A stretch of DNA of 64,000 nt, taken from contig OZ242002.1 in NCBI GenBank assembly GCA_965204665.1, positions 1,367,150 through 1,431,149 of the forward strand, in the 5' to 3' direction. Below, piece after piece: positions 19,158-28,812 of this stretch. Below the pieces are notes generated by a model. It made no database searches, was not told where the DNA came from, and saw only the letters and a program-made list of their open reading frames with translations. Position numbers and translations under genes: made by a program. Origin of the DNA: Thermodesulfobacteriota bacterium. Lineage in GTDB: Bacteria > Desulfobacterota_D > UBA1144 > Nemesobacterales > Nemesobacteraceae. The first letter of the stretch is position 1; each line of letters begins with the position of its first letter.

Positions 19158-20462
19158 ATGAAGTTATGTAATTTCTTAGTTTTGTTGTTTCTGCTCGGCG
19201 GAGCGGTTTTCCTTGCTGCCTGTGAAGGGGATATGGGGCCGGCAGGCCCGAAGGGGGAAACAGGGCCGGCAGGTAAAGACGGGGCGAAAGGAGATAAGGG
19301 GGATAAAGGAGACTCGGGAACACCGGGAGCGGCGGGCCCGCAGGGAGATCAGGGAAAGTCCTTCGGTGACCCCAGATGCGACGTGAGCAACGGTATAAAT
19401 GCGCTGCCCGGTGTCTCCAACGACATCACGGGGACTGCGGACGACGATGTCATATGCGGAAATCAGTACAAAAACACGATCAGTGCCGGAGACGGCGATG
19501 ATACTGTCTACGCCGGTGCCGGAAACGACAAGATAGTCGGCGGAGCCGGCACGGATACGATATATGGTGAAGACGGAGATGACCACATTGATGCTCATAT
19601 TGAAAACGACCTCACGGGAACTACCGACGACATCATCTACGGCGGAGACGGCGCTGATACAATCTGGGCCACCGCCGGCGCCAACACCATCCATGGCGGA
19701 GACGGCACTGATTACATCCGGGGAGCAGGCGGCGATGATACGATCAACGGCGATGCGGGGCGGGACGCAGTTGACGGCGGCGAAGGTAATGATACGCTCA
19801 ACGGTGGAGATGGAGCTGATGTTTTCTATCTCGCCGGACCAGGCAATGACAGTTTTAACGGCGGCGCCCCGACAGGGACTGTTCTCAGTAATAATCGTCT
19901 AGCTGATACTGTGACCATAGGTCCCGTGCCTGGTGCTGCAGCAACAGTACAGGGGTTGAAGGGTATTGCATTCTTCTTCCAACCAGTGAGTGTGAATTCA
20001 ACCTTTGATCTTTCCACGGGGACTTTTGACGGCAGTACTCATGGTTGGGGAATAACTACATTTACAGGTATTGAGAACGTTTACGGCAACAACGGCAATG
20101 AGACCCTTCTCGGAGACGCTCTGGGAAATTATTTTCTCGGTCACGGTGGAAACGATACCATTGACGGAAGAGGCGGAAATGATCTGATCGACGGACAAGC
20201 TGGTGCTGATGCTCTTACAGGTGGTGCTGGTGCCGACACCTTTCAAATCAGGTACGCGCACAGAAGCAACAAGGATAATATTAAAGACTTTAACGCATCA
20301 CAGAATGACAAGATACACTTCAAGGGTTTTCCAAACGGGTCTACGGTAACAGGGTCGGGTCGCACGATCACTATAGGATCAGACAATGTAGTTGATGTGC
20401 AGGATGACGCCACGGCGAAGGCAATCCGTGAGACACCGGCCCTGTATAGATTCGTGGACTGA
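19158..20462 (+). CDS. Lipoprotein with a collagen-like G-X-Y region and RTX-type (GGxGxD) calcium-binding repeats
   Basis: Signal peptide plus lipobox (FLAAC). About 14 G-X-Y triplets (GPAGPKGETGPAGKDGAKGDKGDKGDSGTPGAAGPQGDQG). Multiple nonapeptide repeats (GGAGTDTIYGEDGDD, GGDGADTIW, GGDGTDYIRGAGGDDTINGDAGRDAVDGGEGNDTLNGGDGAD, GHGGNDTIDGRGGNDLIDGQAGADALTGGAGAD). Confidence 0.8.
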   Translation: MKLCNFLVLLFLLGGAVFLAACEGDMGPAGPKGETGPAGKDGAKGDKGDKGDSGTPGAAGPQGDQGKSFGDPRCDVSNGINALPGVSNDITGTADDDVICGNQYKNTISAGDGDDTVYAGAGNDKIVGGAGTDTIYGEDGDDHIDAHIENDLTGTTDDIIYGGDGADTIWATAGANTIHGGDGTDYIRGAGGDDTINGDAGRDAVDGGEGNDTLNGGDGADVFYLAGPGNDSFNGGAPTGTVLSNNRLADTVTIGPVPGAAATVQGLKGIAFFFQPVSVNSTFDLSTGTFDGSTHGWGITTFTGIENVYGNNGNETLLGDALGNYFLGHGGNDTIDGRGGNDLIDGQAGADALTGGAGADTFQIRYAHRSNKDNIKDFNASQNDKIHFKGFPNGSTVTGSGRTITIGSDNVVDVQDDATAKAIRETPALYRFVD

Positions 20463-20534
20463 GTTCAGTCGGTTCCGGTGAAGCTGTTCCCCCGAAAGGA
20501 ACAACCTGTATCCGGTAAGTTCCGTTTTAAGAAT

Positions 20535-20566
20535 CAGGGTCTCAAGAAATTGAGGCCCTGTTTTTT
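20535..20566 (+). terminator. Rho-independent terminator downstream of the collagen/RTX gene
   Basis: 11-bp stem CAGGGTCTCAA / TTGAGGCCCTG (one G-U pair), GAAA loop, then TTTTTT. Confidence 0.7.
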
Positions 20567-20974
20567 CTGCAGTGAGAAGATATGAGTTCCGACCGGTGAA
20601 CAGGACTTTTCAGTTGTCTGCAGGTTTTTAGACGGTAATTCAGTTCGTGATGTGGTATGGTGCAGATCATGGACGGACAGCCGTCTCGGGACAATGAGAT
20701 TGACCTGCGCAGGATCACGGTGCGTCCGACATTCGGGGAGGCTGAACGCAGGCACCGGAACCATCCGGTCAGTCTGCATCACTACCTTCCGTTTCACAGC
20801 ATATTCGGTAAGGGGCTGCCCTCGTCGGCCGGCCGGCAGGGTCATTCAAACCGGCGTTACCCTGGTCAACCCGAGGAGGTCTTCATGTCTGAGCTTACTG
20901 ATGATGCCGCTGAAGTGCCGAGCGAAGAAGAGCTGCCGGAAGAATGGACGGACAGGGTCCGCAGGAAGCCGATG

Positions 20975-21445
20975 ACGGCACCGGAGTTCCGGCAGGCTCG
21001 GGGCAGACGCTGTCCACTAGTCGCAATGCTTGTGCCCGGTGTCGCCGCCCGCCCGGCTTGCTCGATCAGAAGCAGCTTGAGGCCGTAGGCGCGTTCTGCA
21101 GCCCTAGCAGAAGATGCTTCACCGCACCGGTGACAGGCACCTTCCACGCAGTCTTCACACAGCTGCCTCCCGACACGCCTGAAGATGCGCTCGGTCTGCA
21201 GGAGGCCCGCAACAACGCATCGGGGATGCCGCCGGCCGTGGACGGGAGGCGATTCGGGGTGCCACGAAGCAGACCGCGGGAGGAAGTCGGATGATGGTCG
21301 GTCGGGTGGCGACCGACAGGAATAGCAACGAGATACAGGCCGTGCGCGATTTGGCCGGCAGACTTGACCCCAAGGGTCGTATCGTAACTCTTGATGCCGT
21401 GCACATTCAGCAGAATACGGCGCGGTTTCTGCCTGAGCAGGTTCC
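20975..21445 (+). pseudogene. ISAs1-family transposase remnant (multiple stops and frameshifts)
   Basis: Fragments resemble ISAs1 transposases: ...TFHAVFTQLPPDTPEDAL.. / AVDGRRFGVPRS (cf. AIDGKTLRGS) / VATDRNSNEIQAVRDLAGRLDPKGRIVTLDAVHIQQNTARFL (cf. KSNEITAIP.LL..LDL.GAIVTIDAMGCQ..IA). The reading frame is broken repeatedly. Confidence 0.6.
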
Positions 21446-21888
21446 GCCGTATACCTGAAACCGACTGCCGCTTCGCGGCCCGGCCGCAGGATGCTTCGGA
21501 CCTGATACTGAAGCCGCCGGTCTGAACCGACCGACTGAAACCTGCAACTCGGACAACAGGATATGACAGACTGCATCCGCTGCACAGATGCAGTCTGTCA
21601 TGCAAGTCAGAATTACGTCGGACAGACCCTGTTTACCTGCCGGGACACCTTGTCCAGAGTCCGAATCACGACCTGAACACTCCGAAACCACTTCCAAGAG
21701 ACAGATACAAAACATCCGTCACGACAACTGAATGTTCCTGGACCGATGAATTTGTCAGATACCTTTTAATTGTGACGGGCGTGTGTATATATTCGACATT
21801 TCAAATGTCTTTATTGCAGCGACACTGAATAAATCGGTACTCGGCTGCTCTTGACAATTTTCGCTCCGGCAATACCATTTTCAGTGTT

Positions 21889-22248
21889 GTGCTTGATCAA
21901 TACATCCCCATTCTTCTTATAATCGTGATAGCGATTGTTCTCGCATCGGCGTTGCTCGGCATCTCATATCTGCTCGGTCCCAGAAGGTATGAGAGTTGGC
22001 GAAAACTTATTCCCTATGAATCTGGAATGATTCCCGAGGGAGATGCCAGAGAAAAGGTGTCTCTCAGGTACTACCTGATAGGGGCTCTGTTCATATTGTT
22101 TGACGTGGAAATCGTTTTTCTCGTGGCTTGGGCCGTAGTATTCAGAGAACTCGGACTTGTAGCGTTGATAGAAGTGATTGCGTTTTTGGTTGTAGTAATG
22201 GGAGGATATTTATATGTTCTCAAAAGGGGGGCTCTGGAATGGGAGTAA
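21889..22248 (+). CDS. nuoA: NADH-quinone oxidoreductase subunit A
   Basis: [42 protein letters not shown] start. Confidence 0.9.
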   Translation: MLDQYIPILLIIVIAIVLASALLGISYLLGPRRYESWRKLIPYESGMIPEGDAREKVSLRYYLIGALFILFDVEIVFLVAWAVVFRELGLVALIEVIAFLVVVMGGYLYVLKRGALEWE

Positions 22249-22724
22249 ATACAGGGTCGCTTCTTGGCGGGGATGGTTTTCTGACGACTAAAGTATCGGC
22301 GATTGCCAACTGGGGAAGGAAAAACAGCCTCTGGCCCATGCCTTTCGGGACTGCATGCTGCGCGATTGAGATGATGGGGACTTTTTCGTCCAGGTTCGAT
22401 ATCGCGAGATTCGGTGCCGAAGCCGTGAGATTCTCACCGAGACAGGCCGACCTGATGATAGTCTCCGGAACTATAACCTACAAGATGGCATCGGTCTGCA
22501 GGAGAATTTACGAGCAGATGTCCGAACCGAAGTGGGTGATCGCCATGGGATCCTGCACCTGCGGTGGAGGCCCTTTCGACAGTTACGCCGTTGTTCAGGG
22601 AATTGATGAATTTCTGCCCGTGGATGTTTATGTGGGCGGATGTCCTCCGAGACCCGAAGCGCTTATCGACGCCGTGATGAAAATTCAGGAAAAAATAGAC
22701 AACGAGAGTCCGCCGGTCGTATGA
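22239..22724 (+). CDS. nuoB: NADH-quinone oxidoreductase subunit B
   Basis: [18 protein letters not shown] and [10 protein letters not shown] with GGCPPRPE. Start taken at MGVNTG, overlapping the end of nuoA. Confidence 0.9.
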   Translation: MGVNTGSLLGGDGFLTTKVSAIANWGRKNSLWPMPFGTACCAIEMMGTFSSRFDIARFGAEAVRFSPRQADLMIVSGTITYKMASVCRRIYEQMSEPKWVIAMGSCTCGGGPFDSYAVVQGIDEFLPVDVYVGGCPPRPEALIDAVMKIQEKIDNESPPVV

Positions 22725-23239
22725 TGCCCAGATCCGATTCTTTAGATTTGATAAGGGAGAAACTGGGTGATTTCATCCTATCGGAAAACGATTTTCGCGC
22801 GGAGACCAGTTTCACCGTAAACGCTGAGTCCGTAGTTGAATGTTGCTCGATTCTCAAGCACAAACTCGGTTTTCTGTACCTGGTGGATATTACCGTTGTG
22901 GACTACTTGACCGTTCGATTTCCCAGATATGAAGTCGTTTATCTGGTTCACCGGTTCGGCGAGAACTACGAGGAAAATCTCAGAATAAGGCTCAAAGCTT
23001 CACTTGAACAGGACTCGGCGGTAATTGATTCGGTAACTTCTATCTGGTCGGGAGCTAACTGGCTTGAAAGAGAAGCTTACGATATGTTCGGAATTACTTT
23101 CAGAGGCCACCCTGACCCGAGAAGGATATTGATGCCTGAGGATTACGATGAGTTTCCCCTGAGAAAGGATTTTGACGTGAGGAATAGAGAATCTTCCAAA
23201 AAATGCTTTCACCGCGCTCTCGAGCAGGGGTCCGAGTAG
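22721..23239 (+). CDS. nuoC: NADH-quinone oxidoreductase subunit C
   Basis: [26 protein letters not shown]. The ATGA start overlaps the nuoB stop. Confidence 0.88.
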   Translation: MMPRSDSLDLIREKLGDFILSENDFRAETSFTVNAESVVECCSILKHKLGFLYLVDITVVDYLTVRFPRYEVVYLVHRFGENYEENLRIRLKASLEQDSAVIDSVTSIWSGANWLEREAYDMFGITFRGHPDPRRILMPEDYDEFPLRKDFDVRNRESSKKCFHRALEQGSE

Positions 23240-24462
23240 TGGAAAGAGTAGAGATTGTCACAGAGGGAGATTCTTCGGCGGACAGCACCTCGGTGCAGAC
23301 CATGATGCTCAACATGGGGCCTCAGCATCCTTCGACCCACGGTGTGTTGCGGGTCGTACTGCATCTTGACGGCGAGACGGTAAAGGACGCTGTTGCTCAC
23401 GTGGGGTATCTGCACAGGGGTATAGAGAAACTGTGTGAGGATATAACTTATCAGAAATGCATTCCTTATACGGACAGGATGGATTACCTTGCATCTATAT
23501 GCAACAACATAGGTTTCATACTCGCAGTTGAGAAACTTCTCGGAATAGAGGATGAAATTCCTCCCAGAGCCAAGGTCGCCGAGGTCATAATGTTCGAGCT
23601 CGGAAGAATAGAATCCCACCTGATAGGCATAGGTGCCAACGCCATGGACCTCGGGGCTATGAGCGCCTTTCTTTTCTGCTTCAAGGAAAGAGAAAGAATT
23701 TATGAGATACTCGAGATGGTCTGCGGCGCTAGACTCACCACTTCTTACCCCAGGGTGGGAGGGTTGCCGAAAGATCTTCCGGAAGGGTTCGCGGACACTG
23801 TAAGGAATTTTCTGAAGTTGTTTCCCGAAACACTGGACGAAGTGGACGGACTTCTCACGCGAAACAGGATATGGGTCGACCGCACCAAAGGAGTGGCGGT
23901 TATAAGTGCCGAGCGGGCGGTTGATCTGGGCATCACCGGTCCCATACTGAGAGCAAGCGGGGTTCCGTATGATGTGAGAAAAGCGATACCCTACCTTGAC
24001 TACCAGGACTATGATTTCGACATCCCCGTAGCGAGTGAAGGAGACGCCTATTCGAGGTATCTTTGCAGGATGGAGGAGATGAGGCAGAGTCTTAGGATAA
24101 TCTCCCAGGCGATAGACAATCTCCCCGACGGACCCTATGTGGCCGATCTTCCCGATATAGTTCTTCCTGAAAAAGATCTTGTATACACTAAGATGGAATC
24201 GCTGATCAGACATTTCGTTCTGGTTTACAACGGGTTTGAGACTCCTGCGGGGGAAATATATCACGCTGTTGAGAATCCCAAGGGAGAACTCGGCTATTAT
24301 ATAGTGAGCGACGGTACGGCGAAGCCTTACAGAATGCATGTCAGAGGGCCGTCTTTTGTTAATCTGCAGTCCCTTGAAGGAATGGTAAAGGGTGGTTTTG
24401 TCTCGGATGTCGTAGCCGCCATCGGCAGCATAGACATAGTGCTCGGGGAAGTGGACAGGTAG
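23239..24462 (+). CDS. nuoD: NADH-quinone oxidoreductase subunit D
   Basis: LNMGPQHPSTHGVLRV, GYLHRGIEK, and C-terminal VAAIGSIDIVLGEVDR. GTG start overlaps the nuoC stop (start uncertain). Confidence 0.9.
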   Translation: MERVEIVTEGDSSADSTSVQTMMLNMGPQHPSTHGVLRVVLHLDGETVKDAVAHVGYLHRGIEKLCEDITYQKCIPYTDRMDYLASICNNIGFILAVEKLLGIEDEIPPRAKVAEVIMFELGRIESHLIGIGANAMDLGAMSAFLFCFKERERIYEILEMVCGARLTTSYPRVGGLPKDLPEGFADTVRNFLKLFPETLDEVDGLLTRNRIWVDRTKGVAVISAERAVDLGITGPILRASGVPYDVRKAIPYLDYQDYDFDIPVASEGDAYSRYLCRMEEMRQSLRIISQAIDNLPDGPYVADLPDIVLPEKDLVYTKMESLIRHFVLVYNGFETPAGEIYHAVENPKGELGYYIVSDGTAKPYRMHVRGPSFVNLQSLEGMVKGGFVSDVVAAIGSIDIVLGEVDR

Positions 24463-24463
24463 G

Positions 24464-25135
24464 TTACGGAAAAGTAACTGTCTTTGCTCCCTGCGGTTCT
24501 GCGAGAACGAAAAGCGAATCGGAAAGGTTTTTGTTTATCTGCGCGGGGCCGAGAGATATGACCGTCGTGGTTCCGAATATGTCGGTGATGATGATTTTCT
24601 CGACAGAGAAAGTTTCAGGGTCTACGGCTATCGTCACTTCTTTTGACTGATCGAGGGTCTGCTTCGGCTTGAGAACGAGAAGCGTGTTTCCGTTTTTGTC
24701 GGGTCCTGCGGACCCTCTGCTGATATCGAATAACCGGTCGAGGTCTCTGAGTACGGATACGAACGCATAGTGGTCGAACTGGTTCGTTCGGGTATCCTCA
24801 AGCGATGTTTCCGTAATCTGATTTTCCCTGCTGTCGAGGTAGCGGACCGTGGACCCGTCTGAAACGACTATGTCTTTCCAGGGCGTTTCGTATTCCCATC
24901 TCATCATCGCAGGGCGTTTAAACCATACCTTTCCCGATGAGATGATTTCTTTCGCGGGATTTCTGACAGTAGTCTCCTGGGTGAAAGTGGAGTGAAAGTC
25001 ATTTACGGCCCCGTACTTTTTCTGTATGCCGTCCACGACCAAAGAGACATCCGTCGTCTGAGCGACGGAGAAAGAAACGCAGAAGTGAATGCAGAAACAG
25101 AGAACATACGGAACGAGTAATGAGAGTTTTCTCAA
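24464..25135 (-). CDS. lolA: Outer-membrane lipoprotein carrier LolA-family protein
   Basis: Signal peptide, then FTQETTV....GKVWFKRPAMMRWEYETPWKDIVVSDGSTV, as in LolA. 4-nt overlap with ftsK. Confidence 0.75.
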   Translation of the reverse strand: MRKLSLLVPYVLCFCIHFCVSFSVAQTTDVSLVVDGIQKKYGAVNDFHSTFTQETTVRNPAKEIISSGKVWFKRPAMMRWEYETPWKDIVVSDGSTVRYLDSRENQITETSLEDTRTNQFDHYAFVSVLRDLDRLFDISRGSAGPDKNGNTLLVLKPKQTLDQSKEVTIAVDPETFSVEKIIITDIFGTTTVISLGPAQINKNLSDSLFVLAEPQGAKTVTFP

Positions 25136-27315
25136 TCCCTGCTCCTTCTTTCCGCGTTTATCGCGTCCGTGTAGACTTCTCTCGGTTTTCCCGCGGCGCC
25201 CTGAGGTCCCACAACGCCTTCTCTTTCCATTACTTCCACTATCCTTGCCGCGCGGTTGTATCCTATCTTGAGTTTGCGCTGGATCATTGATATCGACGCC
25301 TGCCCGGACTCCGCTATTATTTCAAGAGCCTCATCATAGAGGTCGTCTTTTTCCATATCGTCCGCCTCCGACTGCTCCGAGGTATCTCTGGTTATCTCCG
25401 TTATATATGTGGGTTGTGCCTGGGATCTGAGAAAATCGGTTACAACCGTTCTTTCCGCATCGGATATGAAAGCTCCCTGAAGCCTGACGAGATTGCTTCC
25501 TCCCGAACTGAGAAGCAGCATATCACCTCTTCCCAGAAGCGTTTCCGCACCCGCGGTATCAAGGATGATTCTTGAGTCCACCTTGGAAGAGACCAGAAAG
25601 GATATGCGCGCCGGAAAATTGGCCTTTACGAGGCCCGCCACCACATCCGCCGACGGACGCTGGGTCGCCACTATTATATGTATTCCCGCCGCGCGGGCCT
25701 TCTGCGCGAGTCTTATTATCGAGTCCTTCACGTCAGAGGGAGAAACCATCATCAGGTCCGCAAGCTCGTCTATTATGACCACTATATACGGAAGCCACCT
25801 CGACTGTTTTTCTCCGTCGTCAAGGTCGAGGAGTTTGCGGTTGAATCCGTCTATATTCCTTACGCCCTGTTCCGACAACATCGCGTATCTGGAGTCCATC
25901 TCCTCGACAAGCCACCGCAGCGCGGCGACGGCTTTTTTCGAATCGGTAACCACGGGGTGCAGAAGATGCGGAATTTCATCGTATATGGACAACTCCAGCA
26001 TCTTGGGATCTATCATTATCATCTTCAGTTCATAGGGGGTCGCCCTGTAAAGCAAACTGGTGATTGCGGCATTGAGAAGAACGCTTTTGCCGGAACCGGT
26101 GGTTCCCGCGATCATCAGATGGGGCGCGGTCTGCAGGTCCATGTAATGCGCTTTTCCCGATATGTCTTTTCCTAGCGCTATGGTGAGCATCGATTTTTTC
26201 GCCGCGAATTCCTTGTTTTCAAAAAGCTCGCGGAGCACGACCGCCTCCCTGACATCGTTGGGCACCTCTATCCCTACCACATCCTTTCCGGGTATGGGAG
26301 CTATAATTCTTATGCTGAGCGCGGAAAGGCTCATGGCAAGGTCGCCTTCAAGTGAAGATATTCTGTTTATTTTTATGCCCGCCGCGGGTTTGTACTCAAA
26401 CATCGTGATGACCGGGCCGGGACGTATCTCAACCACTTTCCCGCTCACGCCGAAGTCAGCCAGTTTCCGCTCGATCATTTCCGCCTTGCGGTACATAAGA
26501 TCCTTGTCTATTTCCGCCGTCTCTTCGATTTTGGGGTCAAGCAGATCAATCGGAGGAAGGGAAAAATCAAGCCATCCGCTCTCGGGTGCGGACAGTTGCC
26601 CGCTGATTTTTTCCTCGGATACAGGGCGGCTTATGACTATATCGGGTTCCGTTTCAGATTCTTCTCGGAGAGGTTCCCGTTTCGTGACTCCGTTTACGCT
26701 GCTTTGCGGCTCGGTCTTCACATGCGACCGCTTGTTTTTTCCCGTGGAAAGTCTTAAAACGTTTCTACGTGCGATTGCGGCGATTTTCAGGGTTTTCAAG
26801 AGTGTGGAGCGCAAGGCGTTCTCTATGCGTCCGATGCTTATTTCCGTCGCTATAGCCATAGAGATAAATATCCCTATAAAAGCGATTATATATGATCCGA
26901 ACGTGCCCAGGACGCTTTCCGTGAGTCCCAGAAAAACAGTTGATAAGCCACCTCCTGCGGGAGAGTAGCCCAGCAGGGATTTTTCCCCGAAGACAAGTTT
27001 CAGCAGGATGGCCGAGGAGAACAGAAACAGTATGGTGGAGCAGATCTTCCAGTATATCCCGGAAGCGGATTGCCTTTTCAGTACCACGTACGAGCAGTAA
27101 AGCACGAGTACCGGAAATACGAAGGAACTCACGCCGAAGGACTTTCCCAGTGATTCTGATACGAACACACCGACTTTGCCCAACATACCCATAGAATCAA
27201 TTTCCACAAGGTTGCTGAAAATGACGAGGCTTGCGAAGATGAACACCCCGAGGGCGAACAGAAATACCGCAACCACCTCGGTCAGCACTTTGTTTGAGTC
27301 GCTCCGGTTTGTCAT
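25132..27315 (-). CDS. ftsK: DNA translocase FtsK
   Basis: N-terminal TM helices, motor-domain Walker A GTTGSGKS, VVIIDELADLM, and a C-terminal gamma winged helix (ISMIQRKLKIGYNRAARIVEVME). Confidence 0.92.
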   Translation of the reverse strand: MTNRSDSNKVLTEVVAVFLFALGVFIFASLVIFSNLVEIDSMGMLGKVGVFVSESLGKSFGVSSFVFPVLVLYCSYVVLKRQSASGIYWKICSTILFLFSSAILLKLVFGEKSLLGYSPAGGGLSTVFLGLTESVLGTFGSYIIAFIGIFISMAIATEISIGRIENALRSTLLKTLKIAAIARRNVLRLSTGKNKRSHVKTEPQSSVNGVTKREPLREESETEPDIVISRPVSEEKISGQLSAPESGWLDFSLPPIDLLDPKIEETAEIDKDLMYRKAEMIERKLADFGVSGKVVEIRPGPVITMFEYKPAAGIKINRISSLEGDLAMSLSALSIRIIAPIPGKDVVGIEVPNDVREAVVLRELFENKEFAAKKSMLTIALGKDISGKAHYMDLQTAPHLMIAGTTGSGKSVLLNAAITSLLYRATPYELKMIMIDPKMLELSIYDEIPHLLHPVVTDSKKAVAALRWLVEEMDSRYAMLSEQGVRNIDGFNRKLLDLDDGEKQSRWLPYIVVIIDELADLMMVSPSDVKDSIIRLAQKARAAGIHIIVATQRPSADVVAGLVKANFPARISFLVSSKVDSRIILDTAGAETLLGRGDMLLLSSGGSNLVRLQGAFISDAERTVVTDFLRSQAQPTYITEITRDTSEQSEADDMEKDDLYDEALEIIAESGQASISMIQRKLKIGYNRAARIVEVMEREGVVGPQGAAGKPREVYTDAINAERRSRD

Positions 27316-27363
27316 TTCAAATGTTGCTGCGGTCGGAAAAACGGACCTCGGTTAAAAAAGCAC

Positions 27364-28812
27364 TCATAGCGTAAGCGCGCCCGACGCCCGTACCGCAAGA
27401 TCCCATGACAGGAGAGGAAATACGCCGAAAAAAACAGAGGCTGCGGCAAGCGCGGCGATGGTGATTCCCGAAAGGGGCTTGTTTGCGCCCGCTTCATAAC
27501 TATCCTCCTTCATAAACGCGCAGACCAGAACCCTGAGATAGTAGTAGACGGAAACTATGCTTGCCAGTATTCCTATTACGGCAAGAGGCACCAGGTCTGC
27601 GTCGACCGCCGCGGAAAACACCCTGTATTTGCCGAAAAATCCTATAGTGGGAGGAATTCCCGCAAGTGAAAACATAAACACGCCGAGCGCGAGAGCAGCC
27701 GCGGGACGTCTTTTCCAGAGTCCCGACAGTCTTTCAAAATTGTCGCAGTCGTTTCTCGTTGCGCTCGCGTAAGCCAGTATGCCGAAAGCTCCCAGATTCA
27801 TGAATGAATAAGCGAATAAGTAGTAGAGAACGTTATCCGCTCCGACGGAAGGTTCGGAAACAAACGCCGCGACGCCCACAAGCGCGTATCCTGCATGAGC
27901 GATGCTCGAGTACGCAAGCATTCTCTTTATGCTCTTCTGGTATATCGCGGCTACGTTACCCGCAACCATCGTCAGTACGGCAAGAATCTGTATTGCTGTC
28001 TCCGCGTGGTTTTCAATGTCCGCGTACATGACGGTGAAAATCCGGAAGAGCAGCACGAAAGCCGCAGCTTTTACCGCAACCGACATATGACCCGCGACCG
28101 TGAGCGGAGCACCTTCATAGATGTCGGGTACCCACTGGTGAAGCGGTACCGCGCCTGCCTTGAAGAATACTCCTGCGGCCGCAAGCACGATCCCGCATAC
28201 GTACATGGGCATATTTTCCGAAGCGGGAGATCCGATCTGCGCAAGAAAAGTCGAGCCGCATGCTCCGTAAAGGAAAGCGATTCCCAGAAGCAGTATTGCG
28301 GATGAAAATCCGCCGAGAACCAGATACTTGACTCCGGATTCTATCGAACCCGGAGAACCTCTCATAAATCCCGACAGTATGTAGACGGCGATCGACATGA
28401 TCTCAAATCCCATGAACAGAGTCATCAACTCAACCGATGACGCCAGGATCATCATTCCGCAGGCGCAAAGAAGCACAAGCGCGTAAAATTCCTCAATCCA
28501 CTGCGATTTGCCCTTGAGATAGTCTCTTGAAAGAAAAACAGTCACCAGAGCGGAGATGAGAAAAATCGAGTTGAAATAGGCGGAGAAGGAATCGGCGACC
28601 ACCGCGCCTGAAAACGCCGTAGCCGGTTCAGAAAATCTTCCGAAATTAAGAACGAACGCCGTCGCGATTGCAAGAACGGACAGCGTGCAGAACGCGTCGC
28701 TTCTTTTTCTTTTAAGAAAAGAGGAGAACAGGAGTACGAGCAGCGCACCCAGTATGAGCGTGATCTCGGGAACGACCACCAAAGTGCTGGAGACAAGTGT
28801 TTCGATGTTCAT
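27364..28812 (-). CDS. nuoN: NuoN-family (NADH-quinone oxidoreductase chain N / antiporter-like) membrane subunit
   Basis: 482-aa polytopic protein with typical NuoN segments (EFYALVLL..GMMILASS.ELMTLFMGFEIMS, KAGAVPLHQWVPDIYEGAP, LAYSSIAHAGY). The ATGA start overlaps the stop of the upstream JAMM gene. Confidence 0.8.
   Translation of the reverse strand: MNIETLVSSTLVVVPEITLILGALLVLLFSSFLKRKRSDAFCTLSVLAIATAFVLNFGRFSEPATAFSGAVVADSFSAYFNSIFLISALVTVFLSRDYLKGKSQWIEEFYALVLLCACGMMILASSVELMTLFMGFEIMSIAVYILSGFMRGSPGSIESGVKYLVLGGFSSAILLLGIAFLYGACGSTFLAQIGSPASENMPMYVCGIVLAAAGVFFKAGAVPLHQWVPDIYEGAPLTVAGHMSVAVKAAAFVLLFRIFTVMYADIENHAETAIQILAVLTMVAGNVAAIYQKSIKRMLAYSSIAHAGYALVGVAAFVSEPSVGADNVLYYLFAYSFMNLGAFGILAYASATRNDCDNFERLSGLWKRRPAAALALGVFMFSLAGIPPTIGFFGKYRVFSAAVDADLVPLAVIGILASIVSVYYYLRVLVCAFMKEDSYEAGANKPLSGITIAALAAASVFFGVFPLLSWDLAVRASGALTL

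Noticed and set aside
20534-21715. ORFs of 103-239 aa on both strands (20866-21585, 21066-21605, 20657-21088 and others) that might be novel genes.
   Set aside because: They overlap one another in a GC-rich stretch that contains broken ISAs1 transposase fragments. Their Arg/Pro/Ser-rich translations are typical of out-of-frame reading of decayed DNA.
21851-21878. TTGACA-16 nt-TACCAT upstream of nuoA as the nuo promoter.
   Set aside because: The -10 element is weak and lies only ~10 nt from the GTG start, which would imply a nearly leaderless mRNA without an RBS. Not convincing without transcription-start data.
149-23352. Possibility that CGG is reassigned to tryptophan, prompted by CGG at conserved Trp positions in the transposase fragments.
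   Set aside because: CGG encodes a conserved Arg in housekeeping genes (nuoD HGVLRV, CGG at 23350-23352). In the same IS256 fragment TGG-CGG-AGG reads SWRRL as expected, and TGG is used normally for Trp. The standard code fits.
23209-24339. Long antisense ORFs opposite well-supported genes: 376 aa opposite nuoD here, and likewise 12715-13620 opposite glyA, 43392-44537 opposite glnE, 48628-49392 opposite lhgO, 26162-26968 opposite ftsK and 38171-38962 opposite the ATPase cassette.
   Set aside because: They have no recognisable motifs and biased low-complexity composition, and each is fully shadowed by a gene with strong family signatures. These are typical shadow ORFs.
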